Shown: piece after piece, positions 61,214-64,000 of the stretch
Numbering within the stretch: position 1 is the first letter of the stretch
Layout of the letters: each line of letters opens with the position of its first letter
Assembly: GCA_002633005.1 (NCBI GenBank)
Contig: NMRA01000560.1
Location: forward strand, 124,001 to 188,000
Origin: Phoronis australis
Taxonomy: Eukaryota; Animalia; Phoronida
Direction: 5' to 3'
DNA: 64,000 bases
The notes under the pieces: generated by a model
What the model was told of the DNA's origin: nothing
The model's input: the letters and a program-made list of their open reading frames with translations, nothing else
Databases searched by the model: none
Translations under genes and position numbers: made by a program

Positions 61214-62649
61214 ATTATCCAGTTTATTAACCGGATAATCTGAGAAGGTAATGACCTCACTTTCAGTAGATTCTAAGAACACGTGCATCATCGTGTATTC
61301 GCTGATGTACACCAACAAAATTGGCGAAGCTCCTGGAAGTCGTTGATACCCTTTGTTTACAAGAAATATTCGTCGAATGCAAAAATATCACTAACCGATG
61401 ATAGTCTTAATCATTATCTTTTGTGTCCAAAGAAGTCTTCATACATTTGGACTAACACATACAATTTATTCGTAGACATCTGGCGAAAACGGGAAGAAGT
61501 TGCTTTAATGTATTGTTGCCAGCTTAGATGATGGTGACCAGGTCACGAGGTCCGAGGAATGTAATGGAAATGGTCTCATGCAAGTGTAAAAATGCTCGAC
61601 CAAAGGGTAGCTCCACGCTTCTTGATGGATGCTCAATACACAAGTGCGTGCTTGCGTGAAGTACAAATAAATACAAAACTTCTCGTGTCTGTTTATCTGG
61701 GCCCAGTTGCATAAATGTTATACGTCGTATAGCAACAATGACGTCGCATTATCACGGGTCATGTTGTTATTATTGAACAATACACCTGACATCATGCAAC
61801 AATCAAACTTATCCAGCGGATAACTTTTGAAGCTTTATGCAACTCAGCCGTGGTGTACATATTAATTGAAATCTCCTCCATTTTGTGAAGGATGCATTCG
61901 TTGCAAACAAGGTGGAGAAAAATATTATTGAGGAACTTAAAACTTCGCTTACAATTTGAGACCACCCCCCCCCCCCCTCCCCATAGGACTCCTCGTCGCA
62001 CTATTGACAATTCAGATATCTATTCAAAATTCTTAATGGGGCATTATCGGCGACAAAGTGATAAGTAATTTTCTGGTTTTCTGGGACCAGTTTCAGCGAG
62101 GAATTTAAAAACCCTCTACTCCCGCGTCGCAATCTTAAGTCCTCGCCAGACAGCATGCGAGCGAGCACGCATTTCGTGTTTCAGTCAAAGACAAAATGAA
62201 AACATTACAAAATACGGACTATCAATGGAAAGAACCCCAAATTCTATAGTTATTTATAATCTATCATATAGGCGAGCCATCCTCTAATAGTGGTTGTCAT
62301 CTATAGGATTCAATAGGATCCTATACATTTTGTTAAGGGCATGTCCGATGTGGAGTCCTCAGACCTCGAGAAACTGAAGCGGAGTTCAAAGGCACAACTC
62401 CAGGTCTGTCTTCAGTAATTAGAAGAAGGAATCTAGCATCTCTGAAATCGCCAGCAAGCATGGCTGGGTCCTGAAATGGAGAAAACAGCAGTTTATACGT
62501 GTACTCGTTATTCCGCTGCACGTCTGGTAAACCTACAGATTCAAAACGACCACCCATATTCAACTACAAATACCCATCGCGAACACGTAGAGAGTCTATT
62601 GGCCTTCTTGTACCATCAACGTTGAAAATGTGGAACACAATACTACGTA

Positions 62650-62788
62650 TAGAGAAAAGATCCATTTTGAAACCAAAGAAATCGTACCTTGCATAAAACG
62701 CGTACAGCCGTTTCGTCCATATCTCGAACATGGACTTTATTCACCACTGGGTGCGCTTTCTTTGGTTTCAAAAAGGATCTTTTCTCTG
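62650..62788. repeat. Inverted repeat / hairpin
   Basis: agagaaaagatccattttgaaaccaaagaaa / tttctttggtttcaaaaaggatcttttctct. Confidence 0.7.
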
Positions 62789-63757
62789 TATTTCTGTAAA
62801 TGGAACCCAGGAATATACATGTACATAGTATCATATTACTAGGTGAAGCTGTCATGGCCGCACCTGTAACTACGTTCAGGATCACGTTCTAAAGTGTATC
62901 TGTACTGTACTCATCCTCTAATCATCTCGTTGTATGCGATACTCATCAAATCGCTTTGTGTGATACTCGTAACTGAGTCGGCACAATAATAGATCACACA
63001 ACGGATTGCAGGTCCATTCGGCATTGAGGCCGATCTCGGAAGATCACGGTGATAATGGCCTATTTTAAAAAGACTATCGGGATTCATTTTTCCATTTGTC
63101 CTAGTCAGAATTGAAAATTTTCATCGCTTTTTTCCGTTTTCAAAAACGATTATCCGCGGAAACTGTCCTTAATTTTACTAGACTCTGCAAAGCGACATTG
63201 ATGTGCGGTCTTGCAATCAGATGCCGTAGTTCACCTGGTCAGTGTGGTTGTGCAAAGGAGGTTGGCTACAATTGAAACGCTGTCTTCACGGAACTATGTT
63301 CTGATTTGATAATTTATCTACCTTAAAAGCGCCGAGGATTGGTAGACACGGCATTTATTAAGTATCGCCGTTAGCCTAGCAACGTGTATTTAGTATAATG
63401 CATATAGTTTTCGCTAGTAGTAGTGGGAGATACATGGAGACGTGCTAGGGTGACCGTGTCATTTCCGAATATACACGTGTCAGCAACAAATGCCACCAGA
63501 CTGCACGTGAACACATGGTGTACAAAAACTAGCTATTTCGTTAACGCTTGTCAACAGATACTCAACGTGGTCTGCCAGTCGGGAATTTTAAAAAAGTTGT
63601 CTGCAAACATTTCTACTTGGTTCACCTACTGAGACGGTTTATCACAAGATCGTGGTGATCAATGTTAAGGACGCCGGTAACAACGCACCGTTGTCGGAAC
63701 GGACGTATTTGTTGATCCTTCGAGACGCATTCTGACAAGGTCGTGCAGATCAATGTT

Positions 63758-64000
63758 ATGGCCGCACGTAACATCACATTATCTGCGGGACAGAGAAATG
63801 TAAATTTTGAGGCTCCTCCTCAATGGGCGATGGTATTGGCGCTGGCGATTTATATGTTAACAGGAATTGTTGGAACTTTTGGAAACGGACTGACTGTAAT
63901 TGTAATAAGTATTAACAAAAACTTCAGAGAAAGCACAATGTTTACATAGCCAATTTGTCAATAGCTGACGTGCTCGTGTGCGCAGTCTTGTGTCCTTCTC
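63758..64000 (+). CDS. 5' part of a rhodopsin-class GPCR with a frameshift near 63930 (pseudogene or assembly indel); runs off the window
   Basis: MAARNIT (N-glycosylation site)...TM1 IVGTFGNGLTVIVI...NKNFRE, then in a shifted frame HNVYIANLSIADVLVCAVLCP (TM2 NLxxAD). Confidence 0.8.

Overview
AT-rich, intron-rich animal genomic DNA, probably a marine invertebrate (inference from gene and repeat content), with two assembly gaps (21848-22395 and 30702-31398). All host genes are on the + strand. (1) A spliced TRPC-family cation channel: about 15 coding exons over 8894-33859, about 1007 aa, with ankyrin repeats, six TM segments and the EWKFAR TRP box. (2) Two tandem four-exon GPR157-like GPCR paralogues (38513-44208 and 51030-58628) with identical intron phases. 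(3) The 5' part of a class A GPCR from 63758, frameshifted near 63930. Introns and spacers are dense with transposon remains: Helentron-type non-autonomous elements (HINEs), Harbinger/hAT/TTAA MITEs, fold-back elements, a decayed hAT transposase, tRNA-derived heads and degenerate Penelope-type hammerheads. Two observations stand out. One is a 5.4-kb TG...CA element with a 4-bp TSD (Ginger-like) that carries a tandem array and a deleted KolobokP-like gene pair. The other is a TIR element inserted without any TSD, as judged by reconstructing the interrupted hAT reading frame. All family assignments come from reading motifs by eye, not from database searches. I found no clear novel host system.
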